Source: Verrucomicrobiales bacterium (GTDB lineage Bacteria; Verrucomicrobiota; Verrucomicrobiia; Limisphaerales; J093). From it: 64,000 nt of DNA. The stretch spans positions 3,732 to 67,731 of the forward strand of contig JABTUJ010000042.1 of NCBI GenBank assembly GCA_015075445.1. Reading direction: 5' to 3'. This document shows positions 47,347 to 56,636 of the stretch, one piece after another; positions within the stretch are counted from its first letter, which is position 1; every line of letters begins with the position of its first letter. The translations under genes and the position numbers were made by a program. The notes under the pieces were generated by a model that was not told the DNA's origin, made no database searches, and saw only the letters and a list, made by a program, of their open reading frames with translations.

Positions 47347-48216
47347 CTATTCCATCCGCGCGTTGTCAATCAACCGCGTCCTGCCCACGAACACGGCCAG
47401 CGCCATCTGCGTCCCCCGCTTCACCACCTTCACCGGCGCCAGCGTCTCCGGATCGAACCACGCCACATAGTCCAGCCGCCCCGCCGGGACCTGCCCCACC
47501 CGCCGCTTGATCGCCGCGCGAAGCACCGACACCGGAATGCCGTGCGGATGAGCCCGAACCTGTTCCCGCGCCCATTGCAGACAGCGCCACAACACGGTCG
47601 CCTGCCGGCGTTCCTCGGGCTCCAGGTACTGGTTGCGCGAGCTCAACGCCAGCCCGTCCGGTTCCCGCACCGTCGGCGCCACCACCACTTCGACCGGGAA
47701 CGCCAGGTCCCGCACCATCCGCTGCACCACCGCCGCCTGCTGGTAGTCCTTCGCCCCAAACACCGCCACCGCCGGTAGCACCAGGTGGAACAGCTTCGCC
47801 ACCACCGTCGTCACCCCCCGAAAATGGCGGGGCCGCGCCGCCCCTTCCAGGCCCTGCGACACCCCCTCTTCCACCACATACGTGCTGAACGCCGCCCCGT
47901 CCGGACGCGGATACATCTCGGCATCGCCCGGCACGAACAACACATCCACCCCCGCCGCCCGGCATTGGCGCCGGTCCTCGGCCAGCGTGCGCGGGTACTT
48001 CGCCAGATCCTCGTGCGGCGCAAACTGGGTCGGATTCACGTACACGCTGACCACCACGACGCCGCGGGCCCCCACCCGCCGACGTGCCTCCGCCACCAGA
48101 CTGAGGTGGCCGGCGTGAAGACAGCCCATCGTGGGAACCAACCCGACCCGAACCCCCTGGCGTTGCCACCGCTGGGCGAGCCGCTGCATGCCCGCCACGG
48201 ATGTCACCATGCGCAT
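47347..48216 (-). CDS. panC: Pantoate--beta-alanine ligase
   Basis: VGLVPTMGCLHAGHLSL...VSVYVNPTQF...FGAKDYQQ...SSRN. Confidence 0.9.
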   Translation of the reverse strand: MRMVTSVAGMQRLAQRWQRQGVRVGLVPTMGCLHAGHLSLVAEARRRVGARGVVVVSVYVNPTQFAPHEDLAKYPRTLAEDRRQCRAAGVDVLFVPGDAEMYPRPDGAAFSTYVVEEGVSQGLEGAARPRHFRGVTTVVAKLFHLVLPAVAVFGAKDYQQAAVVQRMVRDLAFPVEVVVAPTVREPDGLALSSRNQYLEPEERRQATVLWRCLQWAREQVRAHPHGIPVSVLRAAIKRRVGQVPAGRLDYVAWFDPETLAPVKVVKRGTQMALAVFVGRTRLIDNARME

Positions 48217-48317
48217 CGCGAAAGCATGCCGAACGCCCGCCTTCGCCAGCAACCGGATTCCAGCACCCGCCAGCCGCCCCAACCGCTCTCACTCGGGCCG
48301 AGCCCCCACGCGCCCCG

Positions 48318-48463
48318 GTAGGCCGGGTGCCCTCACCCGACGCAGGCCCTTTCGCTGTAGGCCGGGTGCCCTCACCCGGCGCAGGTCCTTTCGCTGCAGG
48401 CCGGGTGCCCTCACCCGGCGCGGGTCCTCTCGCTGTAGGCCGGGTGCCCTCACCCGGCGCGCG
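48318..48463. repeat. Tandem array of 4 hairpins, 39-bp period (GTAGGCCGGGTGCCCTCACCCGGCGCAGGTCCTTTCGCT)
   Basis: Copies start at 48318, 48357, 48396 and 48435. Each contains an 8-bp stem GCCGGGTG/CACCCGGC with a 4-nt loop. Confidence 0.9.
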
Positions 48464-48530
48464 TGGCTTCTCCAGGCACGCCCCTCCGGACCAACCGCCG
48501 ATTCGCCCTAAACCCGTCGGCTCTCAGCTT

Positions 48531-49103
48531 TCAGGGACTGACCCCATCGGCGAGGTCAACGTCCGGCACCTCGCGCACCGCCGGCGGTACGCTGAAGAAG
48601 CTGGCCGGCGGAAACCCGAACAACCCCGCCACCACGCTGCTCGGGAACGTCTCACACTTGTTGCGATAGTCCCGCACATTGCCGTTGTAGAACCGCCGCG
48701 CCGCCTGCAGCCGGTCCTCCGTGTTCACCAGCTCCCGCTGCAGCTCGAGAAAATGCTGATCGGCCTTGAGTTCCGGATAAGCCTCCACCCGGACCAGCAA
48801 TTGCTTGAGGGCATCCACCAACTGGAGCTCGTCCCGCGCTTGGTCCGGCACCGGTCCCTGGTTGCCAAGACAACGGTTGCGCAGCTCGGTCACGCGTTCG
48901 AGCAGCGCCCGCTCATGCGCCGCGTAACCCTGCACCGTCGCCACCAGATTCGGGATCAGGTCATACCGGCGCTTGAGTTCCGTATCGACGTTGCTCCACG
49001 CCTCGGCAATGTGGTTCCGCAGGCCCACCAGGCCGTTGTATTGCACGATCACGTAAACCGCCGGCACCAGCAGCACCGCGCCGAGTACGAGGAGGATTTC
49101 CAT
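48531..49103 (-). CDS. lemA: LemA family protein
   Basis: An N-terminal TM helix, then YNGLVGLRNHIAEAWSNVDTELKRRYDLIPNLV...ARRFYNGNVRDYN. Confidence 0.9.
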   Translation of the reverse strand: MEILLVLGAVLLVPAVYVIVQYNGLVGLRNHIAEAWSNVDTELKRRYDLIPNLVATVQGYAAHERALLERVTELRNRCLGNQGPVPDQARDELQLVDALKQLLVRVEAYPELKADQHFLELQRELVNTEDRLQAARRFYNGNVRDYRNKCETFPSSVVAGLFGFPPASFFSVPPAVREVPDVDLADGVSP

Positions 49104-49105
49104 GG

Positions 49106-49786
49106 TCAGGTCGGGTTGAGGAGGTAGGCCGGGAAGAGCTCCCGGAGCGCCACGAGCCGGCGCAGGTTGAATTCAATCTGATCGGGCGCCAGCCGCCCGC
49201 TGAACGCCAGCGCCAGAACCTCGCCGTCGATCTCGAGCGTCAGGTCCCGATTCGCCAGCAGATACTCCATGAAGCGCGGATGACAGATGTCGTACGCCAC
49301 GCGCTTGTCCTTCGAACGGACACAGAAAGTGCGGGAAAACTCGGCCGACTCGAAGTCGATGTCGTCATAGCCCAGCGCCTGCGCCAGCTTCGAGAAGAAC
49401 CCCTCGCGCACGATCGTCAACTCGGGAAACGCGCGCGGCAGGAAGAGCATGAAAAACGAGAAATGGTGGTGGTGCGTCTGCCGGCGCCCTTTCGAGTCCG
49501 TCGAGTAGGTCTCGTAGTGGTAGTCGAAGGCCAGCACCTCGTGCCCCTCGAAACGGCCGCGCAGCACGTTGAACGCATAGCGGTTGCTCCCCTGCGCCAG
49601 CTTGTCCAGAAACGCGTAACGCCGTGCTAGTTCACGATCCTTGTCCGGCAGGAAGCTCAGCCCCAGCCGCGCCGCCAACTGCTCCAGGGCCTCCCGCCGC
49701 TTCCGCGCCGCCCGCGCCGCGAGATACACCCCCACCGCCACCAGGGCGATGAAGATCACAATCACGAGGATGGGGAGCGCTTCCAT
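49106..49786 (-). CDS. Membrane protein, DUF3137-like, upstream partner of LemA
   Basis: An N-terminal TM helix (MEALPILVIVIFIALVAVGVYL), then ...FNVLRGRFEGHEVLAFDYHYETYS...FFMLFLP...FESAEFSRTFCVRSKD. Confidence 0.55.
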   Translation of the reverse strand: MEALPILVIVIFIALVAVGVYLAARAARKRREALEQLAARLGLSFLPDKDRELARRYAFLDKLAQGSNRYAFNVLRGRFEGHEVLAFDYHYETYSTDSKGRRQTHHHHFSFFMLFLPRAFPELTIVREGFFSKLAQALGYDDIDFESAEFSRTFCVRSKDKRVAYDICHPRFMEYLLANRDLTLEIDGEVLALAFSGRLAPDQIEFNLRRLVALRELFPAYLLNPT

Positions 49787-49829
49787 GGCGGTTGGTTCTT
49801 CGAAGGCCGCTCCGGCGCTCGGTTCCCGC

Positions 49830-50537
49830 TCAATCCACCGTCAGGGATTTCCCGTTGGCCGCGGGACCGAGTCCGAGCAGAAACGGCACCGCCCGCTCCG
49901 CCCACGCCGCCGGGGACGGATACGACTCCGCCGCCCCCCCGAAACAGCTTCGCAACATGTCCGTGTCGATGATCCCCGGATTGAGCGGCACCGCCGCCAT
50001 CCCGGCCGGCAATTCCTGGGCCAGCGCCTGCGTCAACCCCTCGATCCCCCACTTGGTCGCGCAGTAAGGCGCCACTTCCGCGTCGGTCGAACGCCCCCAG
50101 CCCGAGCTCACATTCACAATCACACCGCGGCGCCGGGCCACCATCGCCGGAACGAAATGCCGGATCACATTCGCCACCCCTTTCAGATTCACGTCCATGA
50201 CCCGGTCAAACTCGGCCGCCGGCACTTCCCACAGCGGTGCGTTCCGATTGATCAACGCCGCGTTGTTGATCAGCAGATCCGGCGCTTCATGCGCCGCCAG
50301 AAATCGCTCCGCCCAGGCTGCCACCGCCGCCGCCTCCGCCACATCCACTACCGCGAAGTCCTGCGGCGGCCCGTGCCGCGCGACCAACTCCACCACGGCC
50401 GCGGCCGACCGCGCACAACCCCAGACGACGTGCCCGCCCGCGACGAAACCCTCAGCCAACGCCCGCCCCAACCCGCGGCTCACGCCGGTCAACACAATGC
50501 GGCGCACCTTCCGGTCCGAACCTTCGCTCCTGCGCAT
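49830..50537 (-). CDS. Short-chain dehydrogenase/reductase
   Basis: VLTGVSRGLGRALA, NNAAL, YCATKWGIEGL. ATG at 50537. The 658-aa ORF in the track is an artefactual extension through the 22-bp array. Confidence 0.85.
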   Translation of the reverse strand: MRRSEGSDRKVRRIVLTGVSRGLGRALAEGFVAGGHVVWGCARSAAAVVELVARHGPPQDFAVVDVAEAAAVAAWAERFLAAHEAPDLLINNAALINRNAPLWEVPAAEFDRVMDVNLKGVANVIRHFVPAMVARRRGVIVNVSSGWGRSTDAEVAPYCATKWGIEGLTQALAQELPAGMAAVPLNPGIIDTDMLRSCFGGAAESYPSPAAWAERAVPFLLGLGPAANGKSLTVD

Positions 50538-50599
50538 GCGGAGGGAGCCTACGCCCACCCCCCCGCCACGACAATAGCGCCGCCACCCACCCCTCCACC

Positions 50600-50962
50600 C
50601 TCCGTCCAACGCCGCAACCCGTCCCGTCAACGCCGCAACCCGTCCCATCCAACGCCTGGCCAAACCCATCCAACGCCGCAACCACGTCCCGTCCAACGCC
50701 CGCAACCCGTCCCATCCAACGCCAGGCCCGTCCCGTCCAACGCCGCAGCCGTCCCATCCAACGCCACCAGCCGTCCATCCAACGCCGCAACCCGTCCCAT
50801 CCAACGCCGCAACCCGTCCCATCCAACGCCGCAACCCGTCCCATCCAACGCCGCAACCCGTCCCATCCAACGCCGCAACCCGTCCCGTCCAACGCCGGAG
50901 CCCGTCCCATCCAACGCCGGAGCCCGTCCCATCCAACGCCGGAGCCCGTCCCATCCAACGCC
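50600..50962. repeat. Tandem array of a 22-bp unit (about 16 copies)
   Basis: The unit CCGCAACCCGTCCCATCCAACG is near-perfect from about 50770. A CCGGAGCCCGTCCCATCCAACG subtype makes up the last 3 copies. Copies are degenerate toward 50600. Confidence 0.9.
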
Positions 50963-50982
50963 GGAGGCGTTCCAGACGGTAG

Positions 50983-51013
50983 CCGGAGGTCGCCGCGCGG
51001 CGGCGACCTCCGG
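50983..51013. other. Perfect 14-bp-stem palindrome
   Basis: ccggaggtcgccgc gcg gcggcgacctccgg, located between the 22-bp array and the TetR promoter region. Confidence 0.8.
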
Positions 51014-51162
51014 TCCCGCGGCCCGAATCGTGGGCACCCCGGAGGCGGTGCCAGCGAGCTGGAGTCCCTCCGTCCGGCGCAACCCTCCCGTCCAGGCCCT
51101 GGTCACGTTGGACCTGCCGCAGACTAAGATGCCCCCGATCTTCGCCGGCCCATGAATTCCCC

Positions 51163-51191
51163 TTGACCCTCTCCATACTCGCCAGTATTTT
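51163..51191 (+). promoter_or_regulatory. Candidate sigma70-type promoter of the TetR operon
   Basis: TTGACC, a 17-nt spacer, then TATTTT. The -10 element ends 21 nt upstream of the TetR ATG (51213). Confidence 0.4.
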
Positions 51192-51212
51192 CCGCCTCAT
51201 CTCAGCACTGCC

Positions 51213-51875
51213 ATGCGCCGCACGACCCCCAGCATGCCGGCCCGGTTGTCCGCCAGTGCCTTCGCCCTCTTCGCCCAGCAGGGCATCGACGGCGTCAACC
51301 TGGATCAAATCGCCGCCCACGCCGGGGTCACCAAAGGCAGCCTCTACTGGCACTTCCGCTCCAAGCATGACCTGGTGAAGGCGGCCTGCGCGCACTACTA
51401 CCGGACCTACCAGCGCCGCATCAACGAGGAGATCACCCACCTCACCGACCCCGCCGAACGCCTCGAACACACCCTCGAGGTCGCCGTCCGCACCTGCCTG
51501 CTCGACGAGGCAAATCGAGTGTTCACAATGGAGATCTTCACCCTCTCCGTGCACGACGCCGAGATCCGCCGCGGCTGGCAGCAGTTCTACGACAGCGTCC
51601 GCGCCTTCTACATCGGCCTCGTCAAAGCCGCCACCCTCGCGGGCGCCCTCCGCGTCGGCGACCCCGAGCAGGCCGTCAACCTCATGCTCGCCGCCATGGA
51701 AGGCATCAAGTTGCGCGCCCTCTTCGAACCGGACATCTGCTCGCCCGCCGAGGAAGCGCGCGTCCGGGAGGGCCTCCGCGACATCCTCGGCCTGCCCCCG
51801 CACCATCCCGCCCCCCTCCGCGCGCGACGCCCCTCCCGAAAGTCCGCCATACCCATACCGGCGGGTATGGCTTAG
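51213..51875 (+). CDS. TetR/AcrR family transcriptional regulator
   Basis: [39 protein letters not shown] (HTH). Confidence 0.85.
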   Translation: MRRTTPSMPARLSASAFALFAQQGIDGVNLDQIAAHAGVTKGSLYWHFRSKHDLVKAACAHYYRTYQRRINEEITHLTDPAERLEHTLEVAVRTCLLDEANRVFTMEIFTLSVHDAEIRRGWQQFYDSVRAFYIGLVKAATLAGALRVGDPEQAVNLMLAAMEGIKLRALFEPDICSPAEEARVREGLRDILGLPPHHPAPLRARRPSRKSAIPIPAGMA

Positions 51876-51892
51876 CGAAACAAACGACTGTT

Positions 51893-52657
51893 ATGAACCA
51901 TCGGAAATCGTTTTCCATCGAATCGCCCATGCGCCGCCGGCACCCGGCGCCTCACCCCCCCGGCTTCACCCTCATCGAGTTGCTCGTCGTCATCGCCATT
52001 ATCGCGATCCTCGCCGGCATGCTCCTGCCCGCCCTGAGCAAAGCCAAGGCCAAGGCCAGCCAGACGTACTGTCTCAACAGCCAGAAACAGATCGGTCTGG
52101 CCGTGAACATGTACGTCCCCGACTACCGCGACCGCATCCCGCTCTGCAAGAACTGGGGCAAGGCCTGGAAAGGCGACCATGACCTCCGCCCCGAGGACCT
52201 CTGGATGCCGGAACTGCTCCAGCCCTACATCGGCACCAACACGGTCAAACCCAAGACCACCAAGCGCAGCGAACACAAGCCCACCAGCGGCATCTTCGCC
52301 TGCCCTTCTGGCCTCAAGGCCCGCATCCCCTCGGGCGAACCCGGCTCGTCCTTCACCCGCGAGTTCTTCTTCGACAACGACGGCGTCACCTACGTCTGGA
52401 ATCATATCTACCTCACCAAGGACCGGTCCTCCTACGAGGTGAAAAAGCCCGTCAGCGGCCGTTCCGCCAACGACATCCCCATCCCCACCAAGGCTTGCCT
52501 GGTCTGGGAAATCCCCTACTGGAACTACCGCTACATGCCCCACAGCCAGGGCATCAACATCGTCTGTGCCGACGGCCACGCCGAGCGCGTCAAGGGCAGT
52601 CCCAACGAGTACGACTGGTGGGCCTACCACAGCCGCGATGGCTGGGAGCTGGACTGA
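51893..52657 (+). CDS. Prepilin-type N-terminal cleavage/methylation domain protein (H-X9-DG)
   Basis: [33 protein letters not shown] ... [17 protein letters not shown]. Confidence 0.85.
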   Translation: MNHRKSFSIESPMRRRHPAPHPPGFTLIELLVVIAIIAILAGMLLPALSKAKAKASQTYCLNSQKQIGLAVNMYVPDYRDRIPLCKNWGKAWKGDHDLRPEDLWMPELLQPYIGTNTVKPKTTKRSEHKPTSGIFACPSGLKARIPSGEPGSSFTREFFFDNDGVTYVWNHIYLTKDRSSYEVKKPVSGRSANDIPIPTKACLVWEIPYWNYRYMPHSQGINIVCADGHAERVKGSPNEYDWWAYHSRDGWELD

Positions 52658-52708
52658 TCCTCGCCCCCCGCCCCCCCCACTCTCCCAAACCTGCCGATAC
52701 CCTAACGA

Positions 52709-55165
52709 ATGCCGAACGAACCACAGCACATGAACACCCCTGTCGCATCCCGCCCCACCGCGCGTGCCCACCGTCACCGACCGGCCCCGCCTGGACGAAT
52801 CGCCCTGCTCGCCGCGCTCGTCCTCGGCGCCGCCCCGCTGGCCCAGGCGCAGGAAACGGTCATCGCCTACGCCGTTCCCGCCGGCACTGCCGGCAACCAG
52901 AACTTCGGCGGCACCCTGGGCATGGACTTCGACGTCAACAACCCGATCATCGTCAAGCGCATCGGTGTGTTCGATGATAACTCGGACGGCCTCTTCCTCA
53001 CTATCACCGCCAAGCTCTGGGACCGCTCCGACCCCTTCAATCCGATCGAGTTGATCTCCATCGACTTCTCGCCCGATGACCCCGGTGAACTGGTCGGCGG
53101 CAGCCGCTTCAAACCGCTCACCGAACCCCTCCGCCTCGAAGTCGGGTTCCAGGGGACCATCCACGCCGAGGGCTACGGCGCGGAGGAACGGCTGCGCAAT
53201 GTGCTCAGCGACCCCGCCAACATCGTGTGGACCACCCATGACGGAAATGGCTCCATCGCGTTCGTCGGCGGCAGCCGGTACGGAACCACCGCCCAATGGT
53301 ACCCGGGGACCGTCGACCAAGGTCCTGCCGCCCGGTACGCCGCCGGCACTTTCGAATACGAAACCACCCCGCCACTCGCCCCCGGACGCCCGGTCGTGAC
53401 CCTGCAACCCGGCAACCAGCAAATCAGCGTGACCTGGGCTGCCATCACCCAACCCGCCCCCGCGGCCACCTACCGTGTCCTCCGGGCCGCCGCCGCCGAA
53501 GGTCCCTTCACCCAGGTCGCCGAGGTGACCGAGACGAGCTACGTCAACACCGGCCTCGTCAACGGCACCGTTTACTTCTATGTCGTGCGCGGTGTCACCG
53601 CCGGCGGGAGCGCGGGTCCCGACTCGGCCGTCATGAGCGCCGCCCCCTATGCCCCGTTGCCCGACAGCCAGGCGATTGCCTACCTCACCCCGGCAGGGAC
53701 GGCTGGCGTCCAGAACTTCGGCGGTGCCTTCGGTCTGGATTTCGATGTCTACAACGCCATTGTCGTCCAGCAACTGGGCGTCTTCGACGATGACTCGGAT
53801 GGCCTGAAGCTGCCGCTCACCGCGCGCATCTACAACCGCGAGACTTGGGAGGTCCTCGCCGAACTCTACTTCCTCCCGGAAGACCCCGGCGTCCTCATCG
53901 AAGGCATGCGCTTCAAAGCCCTCACCCCGCCCCTCCGCCTCGAGCCGGGCTTCCAGGGTGTGATCGAAGCCGACGGCTACGGTGCCGAGGAACTCGTGTT
54001 CAACACCGGCGGCCGCCCGGACGACGTGGCTCGAGTCGTCACGAATGACGGCAACGGCTCGCTCCTCTTCGTCGGCACCGGCCGCTATTCCGTCGACCCC
54101 TTGTTGTTCCCCAACTCGCCTGACGGTGGCCCCGCCAACCGCTACGGTGCCGGGACCTTCCTCTACGAAACCACGGCGCCCACCCGCCCCGGCCTGCCCG
54201 TCCTGCAGGTCCTCCTCCCCGCCGAGGATGCCCGCGCTTCCCTCTCCTGGAACGAAGTCACCAAGCCCCTCGCCGCCGCCCAGTACCGGCTGTTCCGTGC
54301 CACGAGCGCCGACGGTCCCTGGACCCAGGTCACCGAAACCCCGGCCCTGTCCTATCAGGACACCGGCCTGGCCAATGGCACCCAGGTCTTCTACAAGGTC
54401 GTCGCCGTCGGAGCCGGCGGACAGACCAGCGCCGACTCGAACCTCGTCACCGTGACCCCCAACCCGCGCGCCGCCGGCATTGCCTATATCAATCCCGAAC
54501 TGAAGGAGGGCAACCAGGCGTTCGGCGGTTCGCTCGGCATGCACTTCAACGTCGCGCGGTCCATCCAGATCACCAGACTCGGAGTCTACGACGAATACGG
54601 CGACGGCGTCTTGAACCTCACTCTGCGCGCCTCCGTCTGGAACCGCCAAACCCGGGAGAAGTTGGCCGAACTCGAGTTCACCCCGGAGAGCCCGGGCGAA
54701 CCCACGGGCGGCAGCCTCTTCAAGACCCTCCCGTCGCCTCTGGTCCTCTCCGCCGGCTTCCAGGGCACCATCGTCGCCTACGGCTACGGCGCCGGAGAAC
54801 GCCTGTTCAACACCGGCAACCGCCCCGACGACGTAGCCCTCCTGGCCACCTTCGACGGCGGCTCGCTCATGTTTGTCGGCGCTAGTGCCTACTCGGCCAC
54901 GCCAGGTGACTTCCCCGGCGTCGCGGACGGCGGCCCCGCCAACCGCTATGCCGCCGGCACCTTCTACTTCGAACCCCGGACCGATGAACCGCCCACGATC
55001 ACCATCGGTCGCAGCGCCGACAAGGTCAGGATCACCTGGACCGGCAGTGGCGCCCTCGAAGGTGCCCCCGCCGTCACCGGGCCCTGGACCCCTGTCGCGG
55101 GCGCGACCTCCGGCATCGAACTCGCGCCCGTTGGCGCCGGCCAGTTCTTCCGCGTCAAGCAGTAG
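52709..55165 (+). CDS. Secreted protein with a threefold internal repeat (unknown ~190-aa module, each followed by an Fn3-like segment)
   Basis: Modules begin IAYAVPAGTAGNQNFGGTLGMDFDV / IAYLTPAGTAGVQNFGGAFGLDFDV / IAYINPELKEGNQAFGGSLGMHFNV. Each continues LGVFDD.SDGL ... GFQG.I.A.GYGAEE ... GPANRYAAGTF. Confidence 0.8.
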   Translation: MPNEPQHMNTPVASRPTARAHRHRPAPPGRIALLAALVLGAAPLAQAQETVIAYAVPAGTAGNQNFGGTLGMDFDVNNPIIVKRIGVFDDNSDGLFLTITAKLWDRSDPFNPIELISIDFSPDDPGELVGGSRFKPLTEPLRLEVGFQGTIHAEGYGAEERLRNVLSDPANIVWTTHDGNGSIAFVGGSRYGTTAQWYPGTVDQGPAARYAAGTFEYETTPPLAPGRPVVTLQPGNQQISVTWAAITQPAPAATYRVLRAAAAEGPFTQVAEVTETSYVNTGLVNGTVYFYVVRGVTAGGSAGPDSAVMSAAPYAPLPDSQAIAYLTPAGTAGVQNFGGAFGLDFDVYNAIVVQQLGVFDDDSDGLKLPLTARIYNRETWEVLAELYFLPEDPGVLIEGMRFKALTPPLRLEPGFQGVIEADGYGAEELVFNTGGRPDDVARVVTNDGNGSLLFVGTGRYSVDPLLFPNSPDGGPANRYGAGTFLYETTAPTRPGLPVLQVLLPAEDARASLSWNEVTKPLAAAQYRLFRATSADGPWTQVTETPALSYQDTGLANGTQVFYKVVAVGAGGQTSADSNLVTVTPNPRAAGIAYINPELKEGNQAFGGSLGMHFNVARSIQITRLGVYDEYGDGVLNLTLRASVWNRQTREKLAELEFTPESPGEPTGGSLFKTLPSPLVLSAGFQGTIVAYGYGAGERLFNTGNRPDDVALLATFDGGSLMFVGASAYSATPGDFPGVADGGPANRYAAGTFYFEPRTDEPPTITIGRSADKVRITWTGSGALEGAPAVTGPWTPVAGATSGIELAPVGAGQFFRVKQ

Positions 55166-55179
55166 CGCCCGACACCGCG

Positions 55180-55217
55180 GGCGGGAGGGCCCGATCCCCA
55201 AACGGTGCCCTCCCGCC
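55180..55217 (+). terminator. Stem-loop after the repeat-protein gene
   Basis: ggcgggagggc - 16 nt - gccctcccgcc (11-bp stem), 15 nt after the stop. No U tract. Confidence 0.35.
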
Positions 55218-55268
55218 TCCGTCCTCCAGCCTCCCGATCTGCGGGCCACCCCGAAACCCGCCACGCCC

Positions 55269-56288
55269 ATGTCCCGCCCGCTCCTCACCAACCGCCGTCG
55301 CTTCCTCGAAGCCACCGTCGCGATCGCGGCCGCCCCCGGCCTGACCGGGGGACTCGGCCACACCCGCTCACAACCTCTGCCCTCCACCCCCCAACCCTCG
55401 TCCATCGCTCCCATGAAAATTGGATTCCACACCGACGCCTTCAACTCGGCCTATTGGTCCTTCGAGAAATGCCTGGACTGGGCCAAACGCAACCACGTGT
55501 CCTTCATCGAGTGCGGGCTCATCGACGGCGTAAGCTGGATCCACGGCCTCGGCTATCAGCCCCACGTCGCCCTCTACGAAGATCCCGCCCTCCTCCGCCG
55601 CAAGATGGACAAGTACGGCGTCCGCTTCTCCCAGGTCGACGCCGCGTACCCGCTCTCCCAGGCCGATGGCCCCCTCCGCGGCGTCCCCTACGTCCTCAAG
55701 TCCATTGCCTGGGCGGCGCAGATCGGCTGTCCTTGCGTGGACACTACCGACGGTCTCCATGCCCCCGAAGGCCTCGCGGACAAGGAAGCCATGGCCATGA
55801 TGAAGCGAAGCTACCACCAGATCCTCGAAGTCGCCGAAGCCCACCAGGTCATCGTCAACATCGAGCCTCACGGCTACTTCACCACCCGACCCGAGTTCAT
55901 GGCCGAGATGCTCGCCTTCTCCGACAGCCCCTTCCTCCGCATGAACATGGACACCGGCAACACCTACATCGCCGGCCAGGACCCCGTCGCCTTCCTCAAG
56001 CGCTTCCTCAAACGCGTCAGCCACGTTCACATCAAAGATGTCTCCGAGTCCCTCGCCAAAGCCCTCCGCGGCGGCATGACCGGCATCGCAGTCAGCCATT
56101 GCGCCCTCGGCGACGGCGTCAACAAGGACAACATCCGCCAGTGCCTCGCCCTCCTGCGCGACGCCGGGTATTCCGGCGTGCTCAGCATGGAATGCGAAGG
56201 CGCCAGCGGCCCCATGATCGAACAATCCCTCGCCTGGCTCCGAAGCACCCTCCAGGACCTCGGCATCCCCGAAGCCCACGCCAGCTAA
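55269..56288 (+). CDS. Xylose-isomerase-like TIM-barrel protein (sugar phosphate isomerase/epimerase) with TAT-type signal
   Basis: MSRPLLTNRRRFLEATVAIAAAPG...KIGFHTDAFN...VNIEPHGYF...HVHIKD...GYSGVLSMECEG. Confidence 0.8.
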   Translation: MSRPLLTNRRRFLEATVAIAAAPGLTGGLGHTRSQPLPSTPQPSSIAPMKIGFHTDAFNSAYWSFEKCLDWAKRNHVSFIECGLIDGVSWIHGLGYQPHVALYEDPALLRRKMDKYGVRFSQVDAAYPLSQADGPLRGVPYVLKSIAWAAQIGCPCVDTTDGLHAPEGLADKEAMAMMKRSYHQILEVAEAHQVIVNIEPHGYFTTRPEFMAEMLAFSDSPFLRMNMDTGNTYIAGQDPVAFLKRFLKRVSHVHIKDVSESLAKALRGGMTGIAVSHCALGDGVNKDNIRQCLALLRDAGYSGVLSMECEGASGPMIEQSLAWLRSTLQDLGIPEAHAS

Positions 56289-56326
56289 CTTGGGAGTCTC
56301 CTACTCCAGATGGAACCGCGACAAGA

Positions 56327-56401
56327 CTGTAGGCGCCGACGTGAGGAGGCGAAGTCGCGTTGCCCCGGACGCACGACGCCTCCTCACGTCGGCGCCTACA
56401 G
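56327..56401. repeat. REP-like hairpin, GTAGGCGCCGACGTGAGGAGGCG family
   Basis: Perfect 25-nt arms ctgtaggcgccgacgtgaggaggcg / cgcctcctcacgtcggcgcctacag around a 25-nt loop. Confidence 0.9.
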
Positions 56402-56636
56402 CGGGTAGGGAACACCCAGATTCGGCCGCCCACCCCCAACCCACCACCGCTTCATGAAACCGAAGGCAGAAGGAAGACTGCAGAATGAAGAAGATGTAGC
56501 CGTCCTGGCCGGTCCACGGCCGATGAGCACCGCCGAAGTAAACCGACCGCTTCCCACGGCATCGCTTCATGCGCCCTGTGGTTCAGGTTTCCAGCCTGCG
56601 CGTTGTGGTGCGGGCTTCCAGCCTGCACCGCGGTGG

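Noticed and set aside
49641-51155. ORF 49641..51155 and the other Pro/Thr/Asn-rich ORFs over 50450-51110
   Set aside because: They are translations of the 22-bp tandem array and of the antisense strand of the SDR gene. The peptide periodicity simply follows the DNA repeat.
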